Shown here: piece by piece, positions 1 through 7,658 of the stretch
Layout: every line of letters starts with the position of its first letter
How positions within the stretch are numbered: the first letter of the stretch is position 1
Source of the DNA: Candidatus Omnitrophota bacterium
GTDB taxonomy: Bacteria; Omnitrophota; Gorgyraeia; Gygaellales; Profunditerraquicolaceae
Assembly (NCBI GenBank): GCA_028716705.1
Contig: JAQUPI010000002.1
Location: 14,067 to 78,066, forward strand
Direction: 5' to 3'
DNA: 64,000 nucleotides
Made by a program: the position numbers and the translations under genes
Notes under the pieces: generated by a model
Told to the model about the DNA's origin: nothing
Database searches by the model: none
Seen by the model: only the letters and a program-made list of their open reading frames with translations

Positions 1-555
1 TTCTAATATTTGGTGCGTTTGGGAGCTGATATTTTTTATATTCAGAGACCCGCTTTCCCTCAGTATGATCTCAAGCCTTTCCGAAGCGGCGACGGAAAAC
101 TCTCCGGTTTTTATATTATTATAAATCCCTATCGCCTGGTCAAAGAGGTTTAATTTCTCGCAGGTTAAGCCGTGATAATACAGGTATTCATCATCGGGGA
201 GATTTTCGCTATTAAATATCCCCAGGGCATCCGTAAAATCTCCCAAGCGGTAATAAGAGATCGCTGAAAGCTTCTTTGATTGAGGAAAATCGCTCTTCTT
301 GAATTCTGCGATTGCGCGGGAGAATTCACCCTGGTTGTAATAAAGCTGGCCCAGCTCAAAATGCGTCCTTTCCAGATCTTTGCCTTCGGCGATCAAGTTT
401 TTATAAATATCGGCTGCGCGCTTATAGTAAGCTTCGGATCTGGCGGCAAATTCCTGCGCCTGGTTAAATTCATCTTTTTTGGAGCATCCGGACAAGATCC
501 CGGACAGTAAACACAGAGCCAAAAATAAATTAAACGGGCCTTTATTATTTTTCAT
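1..555 (-). CDS. TPR-repeat lipoprotein (partial; 3' end beyond the window start)
   Basis: Reverse translation from ATG 555..553 gives MKNNKGPFNLFLALCLLSGILSGCS, a lipobox signal peptide. TPR-like Y/A/F-rich repeats follow. The start overlaps the hypD stop by about 10 nt. Not in the ORF track because it runs off the window edge. Confidence 0.5.
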   Translation of the reverse strand, partial: MKNNKGPFNLFLALCLLSGILSGCSKKDEFNQAQEFAARSEAYYKRAADIYKNLIAEGKDLERTHFELGQLYYNQGEFSRAIAEFKKSDFPQSKKLSAISYYRLGDFTDALGIFNSENLPDDEYLYYHGLTCEKLNLFDQAIGIYNNIKTGEFSVAASERLEIILRESGSLNIKNISSQTHQILE

Positions 556-1642
556 ATTTATAGTGCGCGCTGCAAGCCCCTTCGCTTGAAACCATACAAG
601 GCCCGATCGGGTGTTCTGGAGTACAGGCCTTTGAGAATAAAGGGCAACCTCCCGGGGAGATCAGTCCTTTGAGGATATCGCCGCATCGGCATTTTTTCAG
701 TTTAAGATCCGGCGCGGGAAGCCCCAAGTTAAAAGAAAAATTCTTTTCCGCGTCAAACCGGGAGAATCTTTCTTTTATCTTCAGGCCGCTTGCCGGGATC
801 ACGCCCAGGCCTCTCCAGGAGGCATCACGCACATTAAAAACTTCCGAAAGCGCCCTCTTCGCTTTTACGTTGCCGTTTTTAGTTACCGCGCGCCGATATT
901 GATTCTGAACCCGCGGTCTTTTTTCCGCTATCTGCCGCAAAAGCATGTAAAGTCCTTCCAGTATATCCAACGGCTCAAAGCCTGCCACACAACAGCCTAT
1001 TTTGAATTTTTTTGGCATGAATTCATAAGCCCCTGAGCCGATTATGCAGGAAACATGGCCGGGGCACAAGAAACCGGATAACTCTAACCTTCTGTCCTTG
1101 GCCAGATACTCCATCGCCGGAGGGATCAACTTTAAGGAAGAGTAAAAGAAGAGGTTCTTGATTTTTTGCTTTTTGGCCGCGGCTATGCCCAGGGCGATGG
1201 AAGGGGCAGTGGTTTCAAAGCCCACCGCCAGAAAAATCATTCTTTTATCTGGATTCTTTAATGCGAATAAAAGGGCGTCCTGCACAGAATAGACAACCTT
1301 GACATTACCGTGGATAGCCCTCTGTTTTTCCAGCGTCGAACCAAGATTCCCGGGGACTCGCAGCATATCCCCGAACGTCAAGACAACATTGTTTTGATCT
1401 TTAGCCAGGTCTATGGAGTTATCGATATATTCCTGGCTGCTTACGCATACGGGGCACCCCGGGCCGGCGACCAACCTTAAATTCGAAGGCAAAAGCGAGC
1501 TTAAGCCGAACCGGAAGAAACTATGGGTATGCGTACCGCACACCTCCATGATCTTTGTATCGGCAGAGGGCGCGATATTTTTTATCTGCGTAAGGGCCTT
1601 TTTGATCAGTTTGCTGTCGCGGAATTCGTCAACGTATCTCAT
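545..1642 (-). CDS. hypD: [NiFe]-hydrogenase maturation factor HypD
   Basis: 365 aa with conserved MEVCGTHT, GPGCPVCV and C-terminal CPVC-like Fe-S motifs typical of HypD. Confidence 0.9.
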   Translation of the reverse strand: MRYVDEFRDSKLIKKALTQIKNIAPSADTKIMEVCGTHTHSFFRFGLSSLLPSNLRLVAGPGCPVCVSSQEYIDNSIDLAKDQNNVVLTFGDMLRVPGNLGSTLEKQRAIHGNVKVVYSVQDALLFALKNPDKRMIFLAVGFETTAPSIALGIAAAKKQKIKNLFFYSSLKLIPPAMEYLAKDRRLELSGFLCPGHVSCIIGSGAYEFMPKKFKIGCCVAGFEPLDILEGLYMLLRQIAEKRPRVQNQYRRAVTKNGNVKAKRALSEVFNVRDASWRGLGVIPASGLKIKERFSRFDAEKNFSFNLGLPAPDLKLKKCRCGDILKGLISPGGCPLFSKACTPEHPIGPCMVSSEGACSAHYKYEK

Positions 1643-1838
1643 TTATAAATTTCAGCGTCTCTTTCGCCTTTTCCGGATGGACTTTTTCTATAGCGAACCC
1701 GGCGTGGACAATTACGTAATCGCCTTTGCGCACCCGGGAAAGCATCTGAATGTTAACGGTACGGCAAAGCCCTGCCGCTTCGGCTTGGGCGAATCCGCCG
1801 TTAATCCTCTTGATTTTCATAGGTATGGCTAAACACAT
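1629..1838 (-). CDS. hypC: Hydrogenase maturation factor HypC
   Basis: 69 aa beginning MCLAIP, the HypC/HupF signature N-terminus. Overlaps the hypD start, consistent with translational coupling. Confidence 0.85.
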   Translation of the reverse strand: MCLAIPMKIKRINGGFAQAEAAGLCRTVNIQMLSRVRKGDYVIVHAGFAIEKVHPEKAKETLKFINEIR

Positions 1839-1842
1839 GGAA

Positions 1843-2976
1843 CTAGCTCGCTATAGCTGCCTGGCCTAGTGAAACAGAAGAGTCATTACAGGACAGGACG
1901 TTATGAGTAAATACTTTGAAGCCTTCTTTAAATAATAGATCTAAAGCCGCTGTTAGTAAAAGCTTATTTTGGAAGACCCCTCCGGATAGAACTACCTTGT
2001 TTACCCGGTTTTCTTTTCGCAGGACAACGCTGGCCTTGAGGATCATCTGGGCTATTGTCCGGTGAAAGCGGAAAGCAATCTTCTCTTTCGGTTCTTTTTT
2101 TCTTAAATCCCGCACTATATCTGCGAACATGGGCGCCGGGTCTAAGATATAGCTGTTCTTTTCTTTGATGATCTTGAAACGGTAACCCCGCGGCCCGGCG
2201 CCCTGGTGACGTGCGGCTAATTTTTCCAATCCTATTGCTAATTCCGCCTCGAATGCGGCCTCGGCCTTCCCTAATACCAGGCTGCCGGCGGCGTCAAAAA
2301 GCCTGCCCATGCTGGCGGAAGAAGGCGAATTGAATCCTGAAAGATACATCCTTTTTAAAACCCGCCATTTTCCCGGGGTGATTTTTTTTACCGCGTTTAT
2401 TCCCATGCTGGGGAACTTATCCTTGTACAGCAGGAAAAGCCAGGCGGCGGCGAGCCTTGCCGGTTCCAATATCGCCTTTTCTGCCCCGAGAAGAGGTATT
2501 TGGGCGAGATGAGCGGCTCTGGTAAAATTCCGGTAATCGCAGACCAAAAATTCCCCTCCCCAAAGATGGTTATCGCTGCCAAGCCCGGTGCCGTCGAAAG
2601 CCACGCCGATCACTCTTTCGTTGCGCAGGCCGTTCTCCGCCATACAAGAGGCAATATGGGCATGATGATGCTGCACGGGCAATAAGCGGCGGGCGGCGGG
2701 CGAAAGAGAGAACGCGTATTTGGTTGACTGATATTCCGGATGCAGATCATGAGCGATAATTTCCGGATTCTTCTTAAGAAAATATTTTACGCATCTTTCA
2801 AAACTTAAGAAATCCTCGGGGTCGCTTAAATCCCGGTGGATCCGGGATAGATAAGCGAAGCCGCCTTGGGCGAAACAAACGGTGTTCTTTGCCTGCGTGC
2901 CCAGGGCCAGGACAGGTTTTCTTACCTTAAAAGGTAATTGTATCTTTTTATAAGAAACCGGGTTATCTTTTTGCAT
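1843..2976 (-). CDS. hypF: HypF-like carbamoyltransferase, Kae1-like C-terminal domain only
   Basis: 377 aa with the PVQHHHAHIAS metal-binding motif and VLALGTQAKNTVCFA at the start, aligning to HypF residues ~370-750. The acylphosphatase, Zn-finger and YrdC domains are absent. Sits directly upstream of hypC-hypD. Confidence 0.7.
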   Translation of the reverse strand: MQKDNPVSYKKIQLPFKVRKPVLALGTQAKNTVCFAQGGFAYLSRIHRDLSDPEDFLSFERCVKYFLKKNPEIIAHDLHPEYQSTKYAFSLSPAARRLLPVQHHHAHIASCMAENGLRNERVIGVAFDGTGLGSDNHLWGGEFLVCDYRNFTRAAHLAQIPLLGAEKAILEPARLAAAWLFLLYKDKFPSMGINAVKKITPGKWRVLKRMYLSGFNSPSSASMGRLFDAAGSLVLGKAEAAFEAELAIGLEKLAARHQGAGPRGYRFKIIKEKNSYILDPAPMFADIVRDLRKKEPKEKIAFRFHRTIAQMILKASVVLRKENRVNKVVLSGGVFQNKLLLTAALDLLFKEGFKVFTHNVLSCNDSSVSLGQAAIAS

Positions 2977-3743
2977 TTATCATTACCTATAGTCTTTTCA
3001 TCCAGAGAAGACAACGGCATTATCCCCATTAGCGAATTGGTCAGGAAGGCCTCCTGGCAAGAATATAAATCCGGAATTGTGAAATTCCCCTCGTATACTT
3101 TAATACCATATTTTTTGGCAAAATCAATGGCCGCCCTCCGGGTAATCCCGTCCAGGCATCCGCATTCGAGTGAAGGGGTAAATAGCCGCCCCTCATTGAC
3201 AAAAAATAAATTACTGCGGCTGCCTTCGGCGATATGGCCTTTGTGATTCAAAATTATGCCTTCATCAAAACCTTTATTTTGCGCCTCTTTCAGGGCCAAT
3301 CTATAAAGAAGATAATTCGTAGTTTTAAGGTTCGCCAGCAAAGAGGGGGCATCCTGGATGAAAGAAGAAACGCAACCCCTGAATCCCTTTCTATATTTTA
3401 AGGGCGGGAACTGTAAATATTTTTTGGCCGTAATCAGTATATCCGTTCCGCTTTCGGCTTTACTCAGGGTTATCCTTACCTGGCTGTCGCGAAATCCGCT
3501 TTTTCCGGCTGCCCTATAGACGATCTCCTTCAATCTGTCAGAAGGATAGGGGCATTTTATCCCTAACAGGCCCGCGCAATGATAAAGCCTTTTGAGGTGC
3601 TCCCGGAAATAAACGATCTTTTTATTACGGCAGCGCATAGTCTCGAATAGCCCCCAACCGTATAAGAATCCGGGCGTTGAAACGGATACTTTCGCCTTTT
3701 CTTGAGGGACGAATTTGCCATTTAAGAAAACGATCTGCCTCAT
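2922..3743 (-). CDS. pabC: Aminotransferase class IV, probable aminodeoxychorismate lyase
   Basis: 273 aa fold-type IV PLP enzyme (FLYGWGLFET; TNSLMGIMPL). 4-bp overlap with the upstream chorismate-binding enzyme gene. Confidence 0.6.
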   Translation of the reverse strand: MRQIVFLNGKFVPQEKAKVSVSTPGFLYGWGLFETMRCRNKKIVYFREHLKRLYHCAGLLGIKCPYPSDRLKEIVYRAAGKSGFRDSQVRITLSKAESGTDILITAKKYLQFPPLKYRKGFRGCVSSFIQDAPSLLANLKTTNYLLYRLALKEAQNKGFDEGIILNHKGHIAEGSRSNLFFVNEGRLFTPSLECGCLDGITRRAAIDFAKKYGIKVYEGNFTIPDLYSCQEAFLTNSLMGIMPLSSLDEKTIGNDKCKKITRFLIKRYNYLLR

Positions 3744-5092
3744 TTAATCGCCTGCATCATGCCTTTTGCCTTCACCAGCGTCTCCCGGTATTCTTCCTCC
3801 GGCTTAGAATCCGCGACAATGCCTCCCCCGACCCCAAAATACAGCTCTTTGTCTTTCTTTAATATAGTGCGGATTAAAATGTTTAAATCCATGCCTCCGG
3901 AAAAACTAAGGTAGCCGAGACTGCCTGTATAAATGGAGCGCCGGCGGGTCTCCAGTTCGTCGATAATCTCCATCGCGCGGATCTTGGGGCATCCAGTAAT
4001 GGAGCCTCCCGGGAAGCAGGCGCGGATCAGGTCAACCCTGTCCTGATTTTTATGCAGGCATCCGTAAACGGTAGCCGTGGTCTGAAAAACGGTGGAATAT
4101 TTTTCGAGCTGCCGCAGCCTGCTTACCTTTATGGAATCATAACTGCATACCCTGCCCAGGTCATTCCTCTCTAAATCCACGATCATCATCAACTCCGCCT
4201 TGTCCTTTGCGCTGGCAATTAGATCCTCCTTCAGCTTTATATCAAGGGCTTTATTCTTCGAACGGGGGCGCGTGCCTTTCATCGGCCGGGTCGTGACCCT
4301 GCCTCTCTCCAATCTTAAGAAAGCTTCCGGCGATGAGCTCAGGATCTGATAATCCCCGTAATCAATATAGGCGCCGAAACAGGAGGGGCTGAATTTTCTC
4401 AGCCGTTTATAGATCTGGGGCGCACTCAAGTCGGTTCGGGCACGAAATACCTGGGCGAGGTTTACTTGATAGATATCTCCTTTTTTGATGTACTCCTTTG
4501 CGCGCCTGACTGCCGCCATATATGCTTCTTTGGTGAAATTTGATTCCGCGGACGCGCCAACATTGACGGATTTATCTTTGAGGCTATTTTGGCTCGAGGC
4601 CGCCTCGCTAAGAAGCTTCTGTATTTTCCTGAAATTTCTCCGGCAGAGCGCTTTTTGCAGGCGATAATCTTTTTCAGGAAAGCCCGCGGCGAATATATAT
4701 AGCAGCTTTTTAAGATGGTCAATGGCGATCATGGTGTTATAAAATCCAAAAGAAAAATCGGGAACGGGGTTTTTGGGCCTTTGCCTGTTCTTAAATTTCT
4801 TTTCCAAGGCGAAACCCAGATCATAGGCTAAATGCCCGACTGCCCCTCCCAAAAAAGGAGGGGCGTTTCCGGTCAACGTAATTTTGTAGCGGTCTAAATT
4901 TTTTCTCAGTTCAGGCAAAGGGTCATCTCTCCCGGACTCTAAAACATAAAAAGGGTCCGCCCCCAGGAAAGAATACCGGCCCGGATAGAGGCTGCTATCC
5001 AGGAAAAAACACCGTTTTTGCCCTGCGAATGCGCCGAATATCCTCATCGGCTCCAAATTCAGTTTATATGATTTCAAAATGTAATATGCCAT
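3740..5092 (-). CDS. pabB: Aminodeoxychorismate (or anthranilate) synthase component I
   Basis: 450 aa chorismate-binding enzyme with the C-terminal GVGGGIVADSKPEEEYRETLVKA signature. Paired with the class-IV aminotransferase as pabB-pabC. The start may be the internal Met at ~5047. Confidence 0.7.
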   Translation of the reverse strand: MAYYILKSYKLNLEPMRIFGAFAGQKRCFFLDSSLYPGRYSFLGADPFYVLESGRDDPLPELRKNLDRYKITLTGNAPPFLGGAVGHLAYDLGFALEKKFKNRQRPKNPVPDFSFGFYNTMIAIDHLKKLLYIFAAGFPEKDYRLQKALCRRNFRKIQKLLSEAASSQNSLKDKSVNVGASAESNFTKEAYMAAVRRAKEYIKKGDIYQVNLAQVFRARTDLSAPQIYKRLRKFSPSCFGAYIDYGDYQILSSSPEAFLRLERGRVTTRPMKGTRPRSKNKALDIKLKEDLIASAKDKAELMMIVDLERNDLGRVCSYDSIKVSRLRQLEKYSTVFQTTATVYGCLHKNQDRVDLIRACFPGGSITGCPKIRAMEIIDELETRRRSIYTGSLGYLSFSGGMDLNILIRTILKKDKELYFGVGGGIVADSKPEEEYRETLVKAKGMMQAIK

Positions 5093-5882
5093 CCACCCTA
5101 AAAGTCCGTTGTTCGTTCCTTAAACAACAATGGCCTACCAGGTAGTTCCTGTTCTTCTCCTGGCGGATCTCCATGGGGATCACTTCCCTTTCGGAAACCG
5201 TCGCCAATCCGGATAAATATTTTATTTTAAGCCTTACCTGCAGGTCTATCGCTTCCTGTAACCGGGCCAACCTCTGGTTATTAATATCTTCGAGAAGTAC
5301 ACAATTGATCCCAAAAAGGCACATGAAATTAGCGAAGCCTTCTATCCCTTTAAGGGCTAATATTTCCTTGAGCCTGCCGAACACGTCGAGCGTCAATTCT
5401 ACATCGGAAAGGGCGCGATGCTTCTGTTCATTTTTTATGCCGAGGCTGTCTGCCACATAACGCAGCGAATAACGCTCTAATCCCGGCAGCAGCCTTCTGG
5501 ATATTTTTAAAATATCCGCGACCGCGTTGGCCGGAAGGCCTATCTCGAGTAATTTCAATTCATTGTGCAGGAAACCCTGGTCAAACGCGGCGTTATAAGA
5601 ACAAAGGCAGGACTCCCCGATGAAATCCAGGAATTTCGGGATAACCTCGCTCGCCGGCGGGGCATCCCGGAGCATCTCTTGAGTGATCCCGTTCACCGCA
5701 AAAGCGGCCGCGGATACGGGCCGTCCGGGATTAACCAGGCTTTGAAAAGTTTCCGCCCTTTCGTTTCCCTTGAATTTTATGCCGGCGATCTCCACTATCC
5801 TGTCGCCTGACTGCGGATTCAAACCCGTGGTCTCGGTATCAAATATAGTGAATTCTATCTCATCTATGTTTCTTTTATCCAT
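5064..5882 (-). CDS. DnaQ-like DEDDh 3'-5' exonuclease fused to a C-terminal WYL domain
   Basis: Exo motifs FDTETTG (I), YNAAFDQGFL (II) and HRALSD (III). The C-terminal NYLVGHCCLRNEQRTFRVDGILHFE matches the WYL-domain signature. Confidence 0.6.
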   Translation of the reverse strand: MDKRNIDEIEFTIFDTETTGLNPQSGDRIVEIAGIKFKGNERAETFQSLVNPGRPVSAAAFAVNGITQEMLRDAPPASEVIPKFLDFIGESCLCSYNAAFDQGFLHNELKLLEIGLPANAVADILKISRRLLPGLERYSLRYVADSLGIKNEQKHRALSDVELTLDVFGRLKEILALKGIEGFANFMCLFGINCVLLEDINNQRLARLQEAIDLQVRLKIKYLSGLATVSEREVIPMEIRQEKNRNYLVGHCCLRNEQRTFRVDGILHFEII

Positions 5883-5897
5883 TCCCTGGCTTTGTCT

Positions 5898-6788
5898 TCA
5901 TCTTTTGGCTATGTAAGCCGGGATCAATTTCAAGGGCCTATACGAAAGCTTTACTTCTTTAAGGTTATCCAGGCCTGAATCGTCCATAATATTTATGTAT
6001 TTAAAATCTTTGAGGTCAGCACAAAACTTTCGGAAGATGAACTGGGCCAGACCTTTAATGGATAGATCGGTTATCTCGTATAAAATGCAAAAGGTATCGC
6101 TGTTTAGCTTAAAACCTAAGCTGAAACCCTTTATCTTTTTATCTATCTTTACTACTTTTCCGGTAAGATTCAAATCCGCGTAACTATCCAGGGTTATTTT
6201 CAGGGATTTGCTGCTGTCTTCGATCATGCCCTGATAAACAGGGTCGTCGTTTCCTGCCTTGCGCTGCGCGGCCCAAGAACTGTACAACTTTAAACACTCT
6301 TTTTTTTGCCTGGGCGAAAAATTCATGTACTCGAATGTGTAATGCCCGGTAAAATAATTGAAGCTGGCGCGTTTGGATTTAAAACCGTTCCCTGACAAAT
6401 CGGCGAGGGCTTGTCTTGCGCAAAGATAATCGCATGATTTATTAGCGCAGGAGTAACCTGAATCTTTATAAAAAACAAGCTCGCGCTCTTCGATATTTTC
6501 TATGCGGGATATGTCCTTGTTTTTGTTAAAACTATCCATAATACCGAATGCTTTTTGAATGACTCCCGGGTTGTTCCTCTTTGATAGAGGCGGCAGATAT
6601 AAAAAACATCCTGTCCGGTCTACGAAAAATATACAGAGGCATTTTTCGATGACAGACCAGCGGATATCAAAGAGCGCCTTCCATATATAGATATTTTCAA
6701 AAGCATAAACAGATAATTCGTGCCTGCCAATGGCTAGAAATTCATTAAATATCTCGCTGTCTTTAAGGGATAGGCGGTTAAGCTCCAT
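5898..6788 (-). CDS. DUF2156 protein (MprF C-terminal-like aminoacyl-tRNA-dependent transferase fold), soluble
   Basis: 296 aa with KGFSLGF and FKSKRASFNYF motifs that parallel the MprF synthase domain. No transmembrane segment. Confidence 0.45.
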   Translation of the reverse strand: MELNRLSLKDSEIFNEFLAIGRHELSVYAFENIYIWKALFDIRWSVIEKCLCIFFVDRTGCFLYLPPLSKRNNPGVIQKAFGIMDSFNKNKDISRIENIEERELVFYKDSGYSCANKSCDYLCARQALADLSGNGFKSKRASFNYFTGHYTFEYMNFSPRQKKECLKLYSSWAAQRKAGNDDPVYQGMIEDSSKSLKITLDSYADLNLTGKVVKIDKKIKGFSLGFKLNSDTFCILYEITDLSIKGLAQFIFRKFCADLKDFKYINIMDDSGLDNLKEVKLSYRPLKLIPAYIAKR

Positions 6789-7281
6789 CGGGCGTCTCTA
6801 ATTCAATAATATCTAAAACATCCTCGTACGCCTGTATGATCTGGGGATTTTCCTTTAGGAGCTTGATTTGCGCGGGGGAGTTCAGGAAAGAGATCAAGGA
6901 TTCGGTATATTTTTTAAACTCCTCTTTTTTTAAGTTTTCGGTTACATAGGGACAGTTTAGATCCAGCGTCAAGACGACCCTTCCCTTCCTTAAATTGATC
7001 AGGAATGGGTAAAGCCGGCATTCGAAGGGACGGAAATCATAGATCTTGCATCTATTGTCTTCAGCCCTAAGAAACGGGCAGATAAAACCTTCTTCCGCCG
7101 GATCGGGTATGGGCATTAACTTCTTATTTGCGGATATGCAGGCTGGAGGGATCTTCTTATCCAGCAGATCCTGGATCTCCTCTTCTAAGAGGCACGGAGA
7201 CCACGCGGAGTCCAATTTTTTAAACCGGCAGCATCCGCGGCATTTAAGGCAAAACTCTTGTGGAATAATCTGCGCGATCAT
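6778..7281 (-). CDS. YkgJ-family Zn/Fe-chelating protein (CxxCxxCC)
   Basis: 167 aa with N-terminal CLKCRGCCRF and further Cys clusters, matching UPF0153/YkgJ. Confidence 0.6.
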   Translation of the reverse strand: MIAQIIPQEFCLKCRGCCRFKKLDSAWSPCLLEEEIQDLLDKKIPPACISANKKLMPIPDPAEEGFICPFLRAEDNRCKIYDFRPFECRLYPFLINLRKGRVVLTLDLNCPYVTENLKKEEFKKYTESLISFLNSPAQIKLLKENPQIIQAYEDVLDIIELETPDGA

Positions 7282-7598
7282 TTGACAACGCTTCCCAATT
7301 TTACTTCCCTGGCCGGGCTTACGATAACAATTCCGGTTTCATCGGAAGCCGCCAGAAGCATCCCCTGGCTTTCCACTCCGCGCAATACCGCCGGATCCAG
7401 ATTATCTACTACGACCACCTGCTTGCCGATGAGTTCTTCTTTCTGATAAGAACCCCTTATACCGGCGACGATCTGTTTTGTCTTATCGCCCAGATCCACG
7501 ATAATTACATAAAGCCGGTCAGCGTTCGGATGCTCCTGGACTTCCTTTATCTTAGCGACCTTTAACTCTATTTTCCTGAAATCTTCGATGCTCGCCAT
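7278..7598 (-). CDS. csaA: tRNA-binding protein CsaA/Trbp111 (EMAP-like OB fold)
   Basis: The ORF-track protein contains KIELKVAKIKEVQEHPNADRLYV and GMLLA motifs. Start re-assigned to ATG 7598 (Met13), which is preceded by AAGGAG-N5. Confidence 0.7.
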   Translation of the reverse strand: MASIEDFRKIELKVAKIKEVQEHPNADRLYVIIVDLGDKTKQIVAGIRGSYQKEELIGKQVVVVDNLDPAVLRGVESQGMLLAASDETGIVIVSPAREVKLGSVVK

Positions 7599-7603
7599 AC
7601 TAT

Positions 7604-7657
7604 CTCCTTGCGCAGAAAGCGCACACCAAACCATCCGATAAAATTGGGTGTTATCCG
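7604..7657 (-). promoter_or_regulatory. Conserved intercistronic 5'-leader element, copy A: two hairpins plus an SD
   Basis: About 94% identical to 19821..19874. The RNA sense is UAG-ACGGAUAACACCCAAUUUUAUCGGAUGGUUUGGUGUGCGCUUUCUGCGCAAGGAG-N5-AUG. It exactly fills the gap between the OMP stop and the csaA start. Confidence 0.6.
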
Positions 7658-7658
7658 T

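Noticed and set aside
1413-1832. 139-aa plus-strand ORF overlapping hypD and hypC.
   Set aside because: It is antisense to two conserved hyp genes and has no recognisable domain.
1843-2976. Alternative call of the 377-aa protein as TsaD/Kae1 (t6A synthesis).
   Set aside because: The HHHAH motif, the length, and the position directly upstream of hypC-hypD fit the HypF C-terminal domain rather than TsaD, which has an HxxxH motif and is ~340 aa.
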